Shown: piece after piece, positions 40,250 through 50,214 of the stretch
Position numbering within the stretch: the first letter of the stretch is position 1
Layout: each line of letters opens with the position of its first letter
Assembly: GCA_963674785.1 (NCBI GenBank)
Contig: OY771555.1
Span: 1,376,001 to 1,440,000 of the forward strand
From: Caldisericia bacterium
GTDB lineage: Bacteria > Caldisericota > Caldisericia > JAAYUI01
Reading direction: 5' to 3'
DNA: 64,000 nucleotides
Position numbers and translations under genes: made by a program
Notes under the pieces: generated by a model
The model's input: the letters and a program-made list of their open reading frames with translations, nothing else
Database searches by the model: none
Told to the model about the DNA's origin: nothing

Positions 40250-40900
40250 ATGAGCAATTATATTGAAATTCTAAAGCTTGCGTTTGAGGTGCTGATCGCA
40301 TTGCTTTTGCTGGGAGTATCTATTTTTTTGATTCACCATTACAGAAAAGGTGAGGACGTAACAGCGTTAACTTTTGCTGTTTCAAGTTTTTCTTTAACAG
40401 TTGTCGTCTTTGTGACTGTTGTGCTCTCTATATCCATAAACTCCTTTTCAGTCTTTTCTGATCACACATATAGATATATCCCATGGTTTTTGTCCGGAGG
40501 ATATTTATTTTTCGCAATAGGTAGCTTTGTTTCAGTCTTTTTAGCAAAAAATAAAATATCGCTATATTTCATACCAATTATCCTGCTTATGTTTGTTACC
40601 CTAGGCATTGGTTTTATTCCCGGGATAATTTCAGGATTGCCGGAGTATGCTACATCTGGCGTTTGGGTTCTAATGTTGGCTGGAATAATCTTTGTAGCGA
40701 TTTCATTGAACTACTTTTTGTATTGGGTTAGAGAAAGACAGAATTTTAGGATAATGATGTCTGTTGCATTTCTTATCCTCTCTCTATCAATGTTTTTGGT
40801 GATGTTTGTTTCTAACAACAATCTGCTTTCTGTTTTTACACACCTTCTAAGACTTGTGGGGTTTGGTATTATTTTTTATGAGTTCCAAGTTGGATTTTGA
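40250..40900 (+). CDS. Hypothetical 7-TM membrane protein
   Basis: About seven hydrophobic segments, no soluble domain; TATAAT 7 nt before ATG. Confidence 0.75.
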   Translation: MSNYIEILKLAFEVLIALLLLGVSIFLIHHYRKGEDVTALTFAVSSFSLTVVVFVTVVLSISINSFSVFSDHTYRYIPWFLSGGYLFFAIGSFVSVFLAKNKISLYFIPIILLMFVTLGIGFIPGIISGLPEYATSGVWVLMLAGIIFVAISLNYFLYWVRERQNFRIMMSVAFLILSLSMFLVMFVSNNNLLSVFTHLLRLVGFGIIFYEFQVGF

Positions 40901-40903
40901 TCG

Positions 40904-41794
40904 ATGAGGCGCTTATTATTCTTTATCATTTGCTTTTTGTTGGTTCTTGTTTTGCTTCCAGGTGTTTTTGCCTTTGAGCTTGAAGAATTTGATGAATTGG
41001 TTGAACCTGAGAAACTTGAGCTATTCCAGAAATTTGATAGGTTAAACATACTTCCGCCAAGCTTTCAACTGCAACATATTGATGAGTTGATAAGTAAAGA
41101 TGACTGCATTTCTTTGGTTGTATCAATTGCAAACTGGGGTGAAGGTCTTTGGATTGACAGGACACCTTCTTTTTTTTCAAGGACAGCGCTTAAAATCAAA
41201 AGATTTTTCAGCAGAATTAATCTAAACTTTTCTTTGAGTAAAGAGCTTTCTATAAGGGATAACGAGAACTTGTTAAAAAGTTCAGGGAGATGGGGCATCA
41301 AACTGAAGCCCTCTGAGCTTGATAATGTCGTTCTTGGATGGGAAATGCTTGATTATGAATGTGAGGTGTTGTCGAAAATGCTTCACAAGGCATCGATCCC
41401 TCGAACACTTAAGGATGAATTAGATTCAATAATGGACGAGATAAAAAGTCTTGAAGTTGAATACGAGAAGTTAGAAGTAGGTGGATTGACGGAAGATGGC
41501 AACGTGTTTGGGATTGACGAGTATGAGAAGGAAGTTTGGGGATTTTATCTTTTGGCACTTCAACACAATCTTTTAACAGGGAGTATGGTTTCTGATTCTA
41601 ATTTTTTCGACAGACAGGATCCTCAAGTTGCGTTAAATGTTGAACTTTCTATGTTTGAAGCACTTTTGTACGGTGAAAAGATGATTGATTATGTCGATTC
41701 ACTCTCTGGTTATGCGACAGGATATTTCCAAAAAACAGAAAACATTGAAAAAAGTGCTGTTTTGGTTTCGAGAAACATTTCGATGTTGTATTGA
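40904..41794 (+). CDS. Hypothetical exported protein
   Basis: Signal peptide ending VFA; 296 aa; 3 nt after upstream gene. Confidence 0.7.
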   Translation: MRRLLFFIICFLLVLVLLPGVFAFELEEFDELVEPEKLELFQKFDRLNILPPSFQLQHIDELISKDDCISLVVSIANWGEGLWIDRTPSFFSRTALKIKRFFSRINLNFSLSKELSIRDNENLLKSSGRWGIKLKPSELDNVVLGWEMLDYECEVLSKMLHKASIPRTLKDELDSIMDEIKSLEVEYEKLEVGGLTEDGNVFGIDEYEKEVWGFYLLALQHNLLTGSMVSDSNFFDRQDPQVALNVELSMFEALLYGEKMIDYVDSLSGYATGYFQKTENIEKSAVLVSRNISMLY

Positions 41795-41811
41795 TACATC
41801 GATTAAGCAAT

Positions 41812-41839
41812 AAAAAAACCCCGCAATCAGCGGGGTTTT
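41812..41839. terminator. Bidirectional Rho-independent terminator
   Basis: A7-CCCCGC-AATCA-GCGGGG-TTTT between convergent genes. Confidence 0.85.
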
Positions 41840-41863
41840 ACGGTTGCAAAAAGCTATATAAAA

Positions 41864-42052
41864 TCAAGCTACTTCTACTTTACCAGCCTTGAGGCACTTT
41901 GCACAAACTCTTACTCTCTTGACAGTGCTTCCAACTTTTGCTCTTACGGTGTGAAGGTTAGGCAACCAACGTCTCTTTGACCTTACGTGTGAATGACTGA
42001 TTGTGTGACCTGTAATTGGACCTTTGCCACAAATATCGCACTTTCTTGACAT
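41864..42052 (-). CDS. rpmB: 50S ribosomal protein L28
   Basis: MSRKCDICGK, SHSH..SKRRWLPNL, VCAKCLK; AGGAGG RBS. Confidence 0.97.
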   Translation of the reverse strand: MSRKCDICGKGPITGHTISHSHVRSKRRWLPNLHTVRAKVGSTVKRVRVCAKCLKAGKVEVA

Positions 42053-42140
42053 CTTATCTTCGACCTCCTGATTAATAACGAACATGTAATCTAACATTCT
42101 TTTTTATTCATACAAGTGAAGAAAAGGAAAATATCCGTAG

Positions 42141-42168
42141 TTGACTTATTGGTTATAGGGTATACAAT
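42141..42168 (+). promoter_or_regulatory. rplM-rpsI promoter
   Basis: TTGACT-16 nt-TACAAT. Confidence 0.65.
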
Positions 42169-42192
42169 TCATTCTTCGGTTAGGAGGATACC

Positions 42193-42621
42193 ATGGATAC
42201 AGTATTCCCGAAGATAGAAGAAAAAGACAGAAAATGGTACTTGGTTGACGCTTCTGAAGCGCCAGTTGGAAGGATCGCTGCAAAAGTGGCAAGACTTCTT
42301 ACAGGAAAAGGAAAACCAATTTGGTCACCACATATTGATGGTGGAGATTACGTTGTAGTCATCAATGCTGAGAAGTCAGTTGTGACCGGAAATAAAAGAA
42401 CAGATAAGAAGTATTATTCATACTCCGGTTATATTGGTGGACTCAAGGAAGTCCCATTCAGAAGAATGGTTTTGAGACATCCAGAACGTATAATCGAAAG
42501 AGCAGTATGGGGTATGTTACCAAAGACTAGACTTGGAAGAAAAATGTATACCAAACTCAAGGTCTATGCCGGTGAAAATCATCCGCATTCCGCACAGCAG
42601 CCTCAGAAGTTGGCATTTTAA
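42193..42621 (+). CDS. rplM: 50S ribosomal protein L13
   Basis: WYLVDA, GDYVVVINA, AVWGMLPK, HPHSAQQP. Confidence 0.98.
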   Translation: MDTVFPKIEEKDRKWYLVDASEAPVGRIAAKVARLLTGKGKPIWSPHIDGGDYVVVINAEKSVVTGNKRTDKKYYSYSGYIGGLKEVPFRRMVLRHPERIIERAVWGMLPKTRLGRKMYTKLKVYAGENHPHSAQQPQKLAF

Positions 42622-42632
42622 GGAGTTACTGA

Positions 42633-43013
42633 ATGTATAGAGCAACTGGAAGAAGAAAAACAGCTGTAGCTCAGGTCATTTTGACACATGGTGAAGGAAA
42701 TATCGTCATCAACAATAAGAGCTTGAACGATTATTACCCAAACGCCACATATCATAGGCCAATTTTTGAGCCACTTGCCGTTGTTGATCAGCTCAGAAAA
42801 TATGACATCAAGGTCAAAGTTTTTGGTTCAGGAAAGTCCGCACAGGCTGGAGCAATCAGACATGGAATCGCAAGAGCATTGGTCGTTGCTGATGCAGACC
42901 TTAAACCAAAACTTAAGGCACATGGATTGATGACTCGCGATGCTAGAAAAAAAGAGAGATGCAAAGCTGGTCTTAGAGGTGCAAGAGCAGACAGACAGTA
43001 CCGCAAGAGATAA
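42633..43013 (+). CDS. rpsI: 30S ribosomal protein S9
   Basis: TGRRKTAVA, QAGAIRHGIARAL, TRDAR.KER. Confidence 0.97.
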   Translation: MYRATGRRKTAVAQVILTHGEGNIVINNKSLNDYYPNATYHRPIFEPLAVVDQLRKYDIKVKVFGSGKSAQAGAIRHGIARALVVADADLKPKLKAHGLMTRDARKKERCKAGLRGARADRQYRKR

Positions 43014-44072
43014 GTGTACAACGCTTTTTTTTCAAATCGAATAGACGAGATTCAAAACTCCCTGGATTCTTTATCTGGGGAGTTTTCTAATTTATCTGAA
43101 GTTAGAATTTTTATCCCTTCGATATGGAGATTCTCACAGTTTCCACCCAGGGTTGAGGTTGTAAACGAGATCATTAATTACTTCAAATCAAAATCCATAA
43201 ATGTGATTGTTTCATATGATGGATTGAAGATGAATGACTGGATTAAGAGAATTGACACTGTTGGTGTTGAGCTTCAAGATTTTACAAAGACCAGGTATCT
43301 TAAAACTGACGGCATCGGAGAGCTGAATGTTCACAAGTATGGAAAACAAGATAACCTAAGGATTCCCATTCTTCAAAACCTTTATATAAATTCCGAAATC
43401 TCCGAAAGTAAAGCCATAATTCCGATTTTTTGCCCTTACCCATCCAATGTGTTTCATCTAAATGGGTGCATGAGTTCTTTTATGTCTGTGATTCCTACCG
43501 AGACAAGATCAAGAATCTTGCTTGAGGCAAAATCAGGAAAACACCATGAAGCATTGGTTGAGTTATTCTCCCTTGTATATAAAAAAATACTTTTTTCGGT
43601 ATATGATTTTTCAAATCTGTTCAGCTGGTCTGGAAATGGTGAAACTGAACCTCGAAAAAATAACTCTATTTTGGTAACAACCGATTCTGTCGCAGGTGAT
43701 TCAATGGTGTCCACCATTATCAAATGGCCAAAACTATCCATTAAGAGCATCAGGATTGCGAGTTCTTTGGGTTTTGGAGATGGAATGTTGGATAATGACT
43801 TATGGCACGAAAATAAGCCCGAAATTGCAAAAATAGACCACCTTGTTTCCGATAAGAATCATATCTTTTTCCCTGTCTCAATGATTACACGTTTTAAAAT
43901 CAGAGTTCAAGATAACTGCAATGGATGCGGTGAGTGTATCTACGCTTGTCCAAATGGCTCAATAATAATGGGCAATGGAAAACCAAAAGTGAGTCACTCG
44001 ATGTGTGTAAAATGTTTTGCATGTGTTGATTCTTGTCCAGAGTTTGCCCTCTGGATTAATAGGTCACCCTAA
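43014..44072 (+). CDS. Fe-S protein, divergent DUF362-like domain plus C-terminal 2x[4Fe-4S]
   Basis: CNGCGECIYACP and CVKCFACVDSCP; TDSVAGD resembles the DUF362 S-D-x-V-A-x-D motif. Confidence 0.7.
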   Translation: MYNAFFSNRIDEIQNSLDSLSGEFSNLSEVRIFIPSIWRFSQFPPRVEVVNEIINYFKSKSINVIVSYDGLKMNDWIKRIDTVGVELQDFTKTRYLKTDGIGELNVHKYGKQDNLRIPILQNLYINSEISESKAIIPIFCPYPSNVFHLNGCMSSFMSVIPTETRSRILLEAKSGKHHEALVELFSLVYKKILFSVYDFSNLFSWSGNGETEPRKNNSILVTTDSVAGDSMVSTIIKWPKLSIKSIRIASSLGFGDGMLDNDLWHENKPEIAKIDHLVSDKNHIFFPVSMITRFKIRVQDNCNGCGECIYACPNGSIIMGNGKPKVSHSMCVKCFACVDSCPEFALWINRSP

Positions 44073-44325
44073 ATCCAGAGTCGGCCTTTTTTTCTGGAAT
44101 ATTTGTGATTTCAACATCTCTCACATGGGAGTTATATGGACCTGTCCATAATTGTTTAACCAACTGATTTAAAGATGCTTCACCAGACTGGGCTTCAATC
44201 TCAACGTCACCATTTGGCAGATTTCTTACAAAACCTGAAATATTAAGAAGATTTGCGGTTTTGTTGGTGAAATATCTGTACCCTACTCCTTGAACAAGCC
44301 CCTTAACTATTATTTTCTGTCTCAT
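44056..44325 (-). CDS. acyP: Acylphosphatase
   Basis: GLVQGVGYR, GFVRNLPNGDVE, GP. Confidence 0.93.
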   Translation of the reverse strand: MRQKIIVKGLVQGVGYRYFTNKTANLLNISGFVRNLPNGDVEIEAQSGEASLNQLVKQLWTGPYNSHVRDVEITNIPEKKADSGFRVTY

Positions 44326-44731
44326 CTTTTTTGATGAATTCTCTATATATTCCGCCGAGAATCCCATTGATGAATCTTCCAGATTCATCACCGCCAAACT
44401 TTTTTCCTAGCCTTACTGCTTGGTCTATGATAACAGACGCCGGAGTTTCTTTTGGGTACAAGAGTTCGAAAACAGCAAGCCTTATAATGGCTCTATCGAC
44501 CAGGTGAAGTCTGCCAAGTTTCCAGTTGTCGAGTTTCTTCGAGATTATATCATCTATCGCAACTAGATTCTCGATCGTGCCATCAAACAAAGACTTAGCA
44601 AAATCCGCCACCTCAGGGTCAACCGACGAAGTTGTCAGAACATTTTTGCCCGCGTGATGGATCTCATCCTTCCAAAATGATCCGGCAAAAAGCATTTGGA
44701 GAGCCAGCTCTCTTCCAGCTCTCCTATTCAT
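44303..44731 (-). CDS. nusB: Transcription antitermination factor NusB
   Basis: RRAGRELALQMLF, DRAIIRLA, KKFG...SGRFINGIL. Confidence 0.95.
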   Translation of the reverse strand: MNRRAGRELALQMLFAGSFWKDEIHHAGKNVLTTSSVDPEVADFAKSLFDGTIENLVAIDDIISKKLDNWKLGRLHLVDRAIIRLAVFELLYPKETPASVIIDQAVRLGKKFGGDESGRFINGILGGIYREFIKKDETENNS

Positions 44732-44748
44732 TAATTAAAACCTCTTTA

Positions 44749-45312
44749 TTACTTGTTTGCACGTTCAAGATATAGACCAGTTCTTGTGTCCACTTTTATT
44801 TCTTCACCCTCTTCGATGAAGAGTGGAACCTGGCATTTGTATCCTGTTTCAAGGGTGGCTGGTTTTGTACCAGATTGTGCCCTGTCACCTTTGAAACCGG
44901 GCTCGGTTTCCTGAACCTTGAGAATGACAAAATTTGGTAATTCAATTCCGACCTGTCTTCCCTTGTAGAAAGAAACCTCAATCATTTCATTCTCTTTGAG
45001 GAAGTCTGCAGATGAGCCAAGTTCGTCTCTCATGAGTGAAATCTGCTCATAGTTGTCAGTGTCCATGAAAATATACTCATCACCCTGTGAATAGAGATAC
45101 TGCATCTTTCTGTGGTCAAGGAATGCAGGTTTGAACTTCTCTTCTGGTCTGAATGTTCGCTCAATTGTTGAGCCATTGTCTACATTTCTGATTTTCAGTC
45201 TGACGTGAGCTGTGCCTTTGCCTGGTTTGACATGATGATATTCAACACATACCCAAAGCTCTCCGTCCATTTCAAAAGTTCTGCCTGATCTTAAATCGTT
45301 TGCTGTAATCAT
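44749..45312 (-). CDS. efp: Elongation factor P
   Basis: HVKPGKG, KPATLETG, VPLFI, DTRTG. Confidence 0.98.
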   Translation of the reverse strand: MITANDLRSGRTFEMDGELWVCVEYHHVKPGKGTAHVRLKIRNVDNGSTIERTFRPEEKFKPAFLDHRKMQYLYSQGDEYIFMDTDNYEQISLMRDELGSSADFLKENEMIEVSFYKGRQVGIELPNFVILKVQETEPGFKGDRAQSGTKPATLETGYKCQVPLFIEEGEEIKVDTRTGLYLERANK

Positions 45313-45335
45313 TATTCCTCCTTGGAACAGTCGAA

Positions 45336-45405
45336 ATTATATTGAGCAACCTGTACTATGTCAACGAACCTTCAGCTTGACTATTTTAGACAAAAGAAAT
45401 ACTAT
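45336..45405. promoter_or_regulatory. Divergent promoters (efp on minus; 45414 gene on plus)
   Basis: Minus TTGACA-17-TATAAT (45364-45336); plus TTGACT-17-TACTAT (45377-45405). Confidence 0.7.
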
Positions 45406-45413
45406 CACTAGAA

Positions 45414-46241
45414 ATGCTTTATTTACCAAAGGGTGAGATAATTTTTAATATGCTTCCGGTCAATTCGGTTTCGATGGTTGAATTGTTGGATGAGGAAGAA
45501 AATTACGATCGACTTATTGAGGTTCATACCTTTAAGTCGGCAAATGCATTCATTGCAAAAGGTAAAGAGATAGTTTATGGATTCGAATTTACTGAGGAGA
45601 TGTTGCATCTTGGGGATTTGTCTATTTCCAAAATTTCTGAATACATAAAGAATAATCCGTCAAAAATCACAACAAGCAAATTAACAAATGAGCTTTCAAA
45701 ATTCTATAGTGATTTGATGATCGTTTTTCCGAAATACCGAAATCTAGACACGAGATATTTTTCTCTCTGGCGGTTTTCAGATGTGATTGCCGAAGAAGGA
45801 CTCAGTGGTTACATCAGTGTTCAGTTTACAGGCGGTACTCTCTGGTCGGCTTATTCTGATGGAGTCAATACGGGTGGATATCTTGTTTTAGAGAAGAATG
45901 GACGAACAGAAAGATTGTCTACAAAAGGTGTTTTAGAGCAGTCGGCGAAGCTTGTCGGTAGAATTGATTTTCATCAACTGACAAGAAAAGAGAAATTCAA
46001 TATCGATAGAAACTCTGTGCTCTCAAGAAGTAAATCATTTTTCGAAATTATTGATACTGATTCACAACCTCAAAGGAGAATCATCAAACAGTTTGGTGAA
46101 ATGGGTATTGAGATTGCGATGTGTTTTGATGGGAAGAGATCGATTGAAAAAATTGCAAAAGAGACAAGGGAGCCTGAAGAAAGGGTGCTTTCTCTTGCAG
46201 GATTCCTTATCCAGCTGAAAATATTGGAAATGGTGATATAA
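45414..46241 (+). CDS. DUF2226/DUF4388-like duplicated domain plus C-terminal winged helix
   Basis: LPKGE..FNML repeated as PKYRNLDTRYF...EGLSGYI; C-term FDGKRSIEKIAKET...LIQLKIL. Confidence 0.6.
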   Translation: MLYLPKGEIIFNMLPVNSVSMVELLDEEENYDRLIEVHTFKSANAFIAKGKEIVYGFEFTEEMLHLGDLSISKISEYIKNNPSKITTSKLTNELSKFYSDLMIVFPKYRNLDTRYFSLWRFSDVIAEEGLSGYISVQFTGGTLWSAYSDGVNTGGYLVLEKNGRTERLSTKGVLEQSAKLVGRIDFHQLTRKEKFNIDRNSVLSRSKSFFEIIDTDSQPQRRIIKQFGEMGIEIAMCFDGKRSIEKIAKETREPEERVLSLAGFLIQLKILEMVI

Positions 46242-46245
46242 AATA

Positions 46246-46815
46246 ATGAGTAATGAGAACTCAAAAAAAATTCAAATAAAACACAGTACTCCTGAACGCC
46301 TAGCAATGCCTTTCGTGAGGTATTTCTTCTTCAGACAGGAAAAAAGAGCATCATCGAGAGGTCTGGGGCTTATAACAAAAGGCATCTGGGAGATGTTTGG
46401 TGCAAGCAAGGCAAAATCAATTCTCTACTATGTCGGCAGACAAGCTGGAAGAGAAATCTCCGAGGCAACCGAAAAAGAGTACAACACAAAACGAGCAAAG
46501 ACATGGTCAGAGCTGCTTGGTAATATTGAAATATTCTGCGACCTTATGGCGGGAGCGAAGGCCACAATTGCGTCTGCAACAGAAACTCAGGCGATCATCC
46601 ATCTTTATGATTCACCTTCTTGCTACAAAATAGAAGGCTTTTCAGATCCTTGCTGTGACTACATGGCTGGAATCTTCGCCTCACTTCCGGCGTTTGACTT
46701 TGCTGGTGCTCAAGCAAGTTGTAAAGAGCTAAAATGTAAAGGGTGTGACCCTGATCAGAAGTATTGTGTTTTTGAGCTCAACGTAGTTTGGCCTGATGGG
46801 AAGATGCCTGGGTAA
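46246..46815 (+). CDS. V4R (4-vinyl reductase) domain protein
   Basis: ILYYVGRQAG, CCDYMAGIFA, ELKC...CVFEL. Confidence 0.8.
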   Translation: MSNENSKKIQIKHSTPERLAMPFVRYFFFRQEKRASSRGLGLITKGIWEMFGASKAKSILYYVGRQAGREISEATEKEYNTKRAKTWSELLGNIEIFCDLMAGAKATIASATETQAIIHLYDSPSCYKIEGFSDPCCDYMAGIFASLPAFDFAGAQASCKELKCKGCDPDQKYCVFELNVVWPDGKMPG

Positions 46816-46946
46816 GTAATATTTTCTCTGTAAAGTATTTCATCCATCCTTTCAGAGTCCGCGGATGTGTTAAAGCATGACACTGAAAAAACAAACAATA
46901 AAACAAACAATATTGAAGCAATCTTATAGTCTTTTCTATTAGTCAT
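46755..46946 (-). pseudogene. Probable truncated lipoprotein gene remnant
   Basis: Lipoprotein-like signal peptide (FSVSC), AGGAG RBS, overlaps upstream stop; after about 44 codons it runs antisense into the V4R gene and stops. Confidence 0.5.
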
Positions 46947-48830
46947 TATTCCATGCTCCTTTTCTGAAGTATCTGATGTAGGGGTCCTGGCCTATTTCAT
47001 GGAGAATGTGAAGTTTTAAGTCTTCTCCAATATAGGCTGTATATCTCGGTTGTGGTTCACCTGTAATAACACTACTTCTTACACAAAGATAAATTTTATT
47101 GTCAATGTTTGATGAATTGACTGAATTATCCATATAACACATTTCATCATAGCTAACAATCTTGGTTAACTTGCCAGTTTCCATTTCAAGGGCATATATT
47201 TCATCTGCAAATTCAATTTCAAAGTTTCCGGTTTCATCAGTTTCAATATTTGTTCTTCTATATCTAATGGAAAGAATAACATAAAGCTTATCATTGATGT
47301 AACCAGTGTTTCTAATGCCATATTCCTCAATTCTTCTATTTTCGAATAGTGGGATATCTAAATCTGATAATTGATGTACAGTTTTCCCATCAAGAGTAGA
47401 AACCAAAGTTGTTTGCCTAGTATCTGGCGAAAGCATAGGTAGCTCTTTGTATGTATTTAAACCCCATGGTTGCACATCTTTCGGAGAAGTATATCCAATT
47501 ACTCCTGTTGTATGGTCTGTAAAACTAACCCATTCTCTTTTAGGAATGTAATCTGTTTCTTCGATTGACATATCATTAAGCGATAGCTTGACAATCTTCG
47601 CACTAGCGTATGGTGATTCATAAAAATTGGACTCCATACTTGGGTACAAGTCGCTTTGACTTGCCTTGAAAATCTTATCTTCTTTTGTTTGTTCAAGCAG
47701 ATATGCTTCGTTGCTATTCTCCCATTTCAAAAGATAGTACCATTTCCCACTCTCTCTCATAACATGAGTAAATTCTGTTGGGGACTGTTTGTTATCTGTT
47801 ACAATGTATTTTCTGTATCTTGTTCCTAAGACATGATTAACACCGGTATTAATGTTGTATATAACGAAGTTGGTAACCCTGATACTTTTTATGAGACTTC
47901 CATCCTCTTCCAACATCAAACTTGGATCAAAAGTTATTCCATCATTGAAAGAGCCACCACTAAAGAGTATCGAATGTCGATTCGAGTACAATAGCCACTC
48001 ACCGTTGGGTGAAACTGCTATTGGGGTATTAGAACCTTCCTTGTTTTGATATTGTGCATTTGGCAACTCAAATAATGAGTTTAAAAAATCTTCATCCAAT
48101 GGAGGAATTGTAATTTTTATTTCATGTCTCTCATCTTTTCCTTCGAGGTTCCATGTGAACAACCCATCACCTCTAACCCATCCACACCTTATCTCCTCCG
48201 GGTCAGAAACATAAATCTTTTGACTGTGTTCAAGTCCGTACCTATCATATGCTTCAAGGGTAAGTGTTCCACTACTTGGGTCAAGCAAGGTAACATAACC
48301 TGTAAAGGTTGTGCCAGTTTCTTTTGAATCAAACTCAATCAGTGTTCCCTCTTGGTCTGTAACCCTTACGATTTCAAGTGGTGATTCAGAGGTAACAGTC
48401 ATCTTTTGTGATTCATCAAACAAAGAATTATCATACTCAACTTTTATCTTAGGTCTTTCCTTGATTGTCAGTGGTGCATAGATGGTCATCGCTCCACTGC
48501 CATCTTTTGGTACACCTGTTACTGCTATCTGATATTCACCAAATTCAATATCCTCAGGAACCCTCAAAACATCTGACCACTCACTTCCACTTGGTTCAAC
48601 TAGGCTTGGGATTTGATTGTTTTAAAACCAAAATCCACCGAGCTTATTTCTTTTTCAAAAATTACGTTTATTGGGATTTCAATTCCAGCATACCCATATT
48701 CCTGGATTTCAATTTTCTGCTCCAAAACATTAGCTGAATCATTTGTGTATTGATTTCCACATGAAACAAAAGAAGTGACGATCATAATAATTAAAAGGCA
48801 ACTGATGTAGATTGTTATGTCCCTCCTCAT
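46939..48830 (-). pseudogene. Lipoprotein gene split by a 1-nt frameshift near 48620 (76-aa + 542-aa ORFs)
   Basis: Signal peptide FVSC in 48830-48600; downstream frame open from 48621; one extra A in GGTTTTAAAAC joins them; paralog of 48827-50188. Confidence 0.75.
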
Positions 48831-50188
48831 CTCGCCACAAACCTTTCCTTATATGTTACTTCTGGATAGCTTAGTGGAAGTGGATAATCATCAAAGTTGC
48901 ATTGATCTAGTTTTTTTATCTCAAAATCATCCTCTATTTTTATTGTGTGGTATGTTTTTGAAATATCATTTCTTGAGATAAAGGTTACATCCTCTCTTCC
49001 TAAATCAGAAGCAATGTATGTACCAGCAATAACAAGGTTTTCATCAACATCTAGAACCTTTCGAAGTTCACCTGATTCAATATCTAGGGCATAAAGAACA
49101 GATTTTATCACTTCTGGGATGATGGGGTTTTCTTCTGTAATTTCATCTGGTCTAAACCCTTCTGAGATTTTATAACTTGCGTCAATAAAAGCGTAGAGCT
49201 TTTCATTAACATAACCTGATCCAACAATTCTTTTTGACAAAAGCTCTATTCCAATATCTTCAAATTCAAGGTCTTCCATATTCCACATCTTAGTGCAATC
49301 AAGGTTGGAGATAATCGATGGGAAAGGATTGAGGTTTGTATTTGTTTTGGAGATAATTGGTCCATCATGCATTCCAATATATCCAGTTACACCTGTTGTA
49401 TGGTCGGAATAACACATCCATGCACGTGGTGGTTTATTGAATCCATCAACCTCAGTCAGGGAAAAATCTTTCAATGAAAGTTTTACTATCTTTGCACTAG
49501 CTTTTGGTACCTGTGGGACAAAAGAATCCATGCCAGGATAAAACTTTTCCTGAGAACCATTAATCACAAACTCTTCATCTTTTGTCTGTTCAAGAAGATA
49601 TAGTTCGTCATCTCTATCCCACTTCAAGATAAAATATAACGGACCTGATTCTCTCAATTCATATTGATCATAGTATATATATTTTCTTATCCCTAGGCTT
49701 TTGATTTCATGAGTTTCAAGATTGATTATTTGAAAATCATATATGTATGTCTGACGGATCTTTCTATTGTTTATTTTATCTCTATACTCATCTTCGTAAA
49801 CAAGGTTAGATATCGCTGAAACAGCAGCATACTTTTTTGAAGGTGACAGACCTAACACATAATAAGCTGCATTAACATTGATTTTATATTCTCCTCGGTA
49901 ATCAGTATATTTGGTAAGGAACCTCTCTGTATTTTTTGTTCTGTTGAGCTCAACAACAGCTTCTTCCTCTGAATCCAATATTTGATCAGGATTTAATGAG
50001 TACAATCTCTGTTTGTACATAAGATCACCAGATTCATCTTCGAAATAATCATTACCAAATGGTTTTGGGATTGAGAGGATGCGACCTGATTTTGGAATTG
50101 ATTGAGTATTGTTTGCCTTGGGTTTTCCACAAGAAACCATGCCCACAACAACCAATAAAGTAGTTACAATGATTACAAATTTTTTCAT
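48827..50188 (-). CDS. Lipoprotein of unknown function (beta-propeller-like)
   Basis: MKKF...GMVSC lipobox; RESG..Y..LKW...YLLEQTK...ASAKIVKLSL.D...DHTTGV.GY shared with neighbour. Confidence 0.8.
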   Translation of the reverse strand: MKKFVIIVTTLLVVVGMVSCGKPKANNTQSIPKSGRILSIPKPFGNDYFEDESGDLMYKQRLYSLNPDQILDSEEEAVVELNRTKNTERFLTKYTDYRGEYKINVNAAYYVLGLSPSKKYAAVSAISNLVYEDEYRDKINNRKIRQTYIYDFQIINLETHEIKSLGIRKYIYYDQYELRESGPLYFILKWDRDDELYLLEQTKDEEFVINGSQEKFYPGMDSFVPQVPKASAKIVKLSLKDFSLTEVDGFNKPPRAWMCYSDHTTGVTGYIGMHDGPIISKTNTNLNPFPSIISNLDCTKMWNMEDLEFEDIGIELLSKRIVGSGYVNEKLYAFIDASYKISEGFRPDEITEENPIIPEVIKSVLYALDIESGELRKVLDVDENLVIAGTYIASDLGREDVTFISRNDISKTYHTIKIEDDFEIKKLDQCNFDDYPLPLSYPEVTYKERFVAR

Positions 50189-50214
50189 ATTCTCTATTCC
50201 CCAGATTGAATTTT

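Noticed and set aside
48615-48630. Programmed -1 ribosomal frameshift
   Set aside because: In the upstream frame (T TTT AAA) tandem slippage would place TAA in the A site; no in-frame X XXY YYZ heptamer
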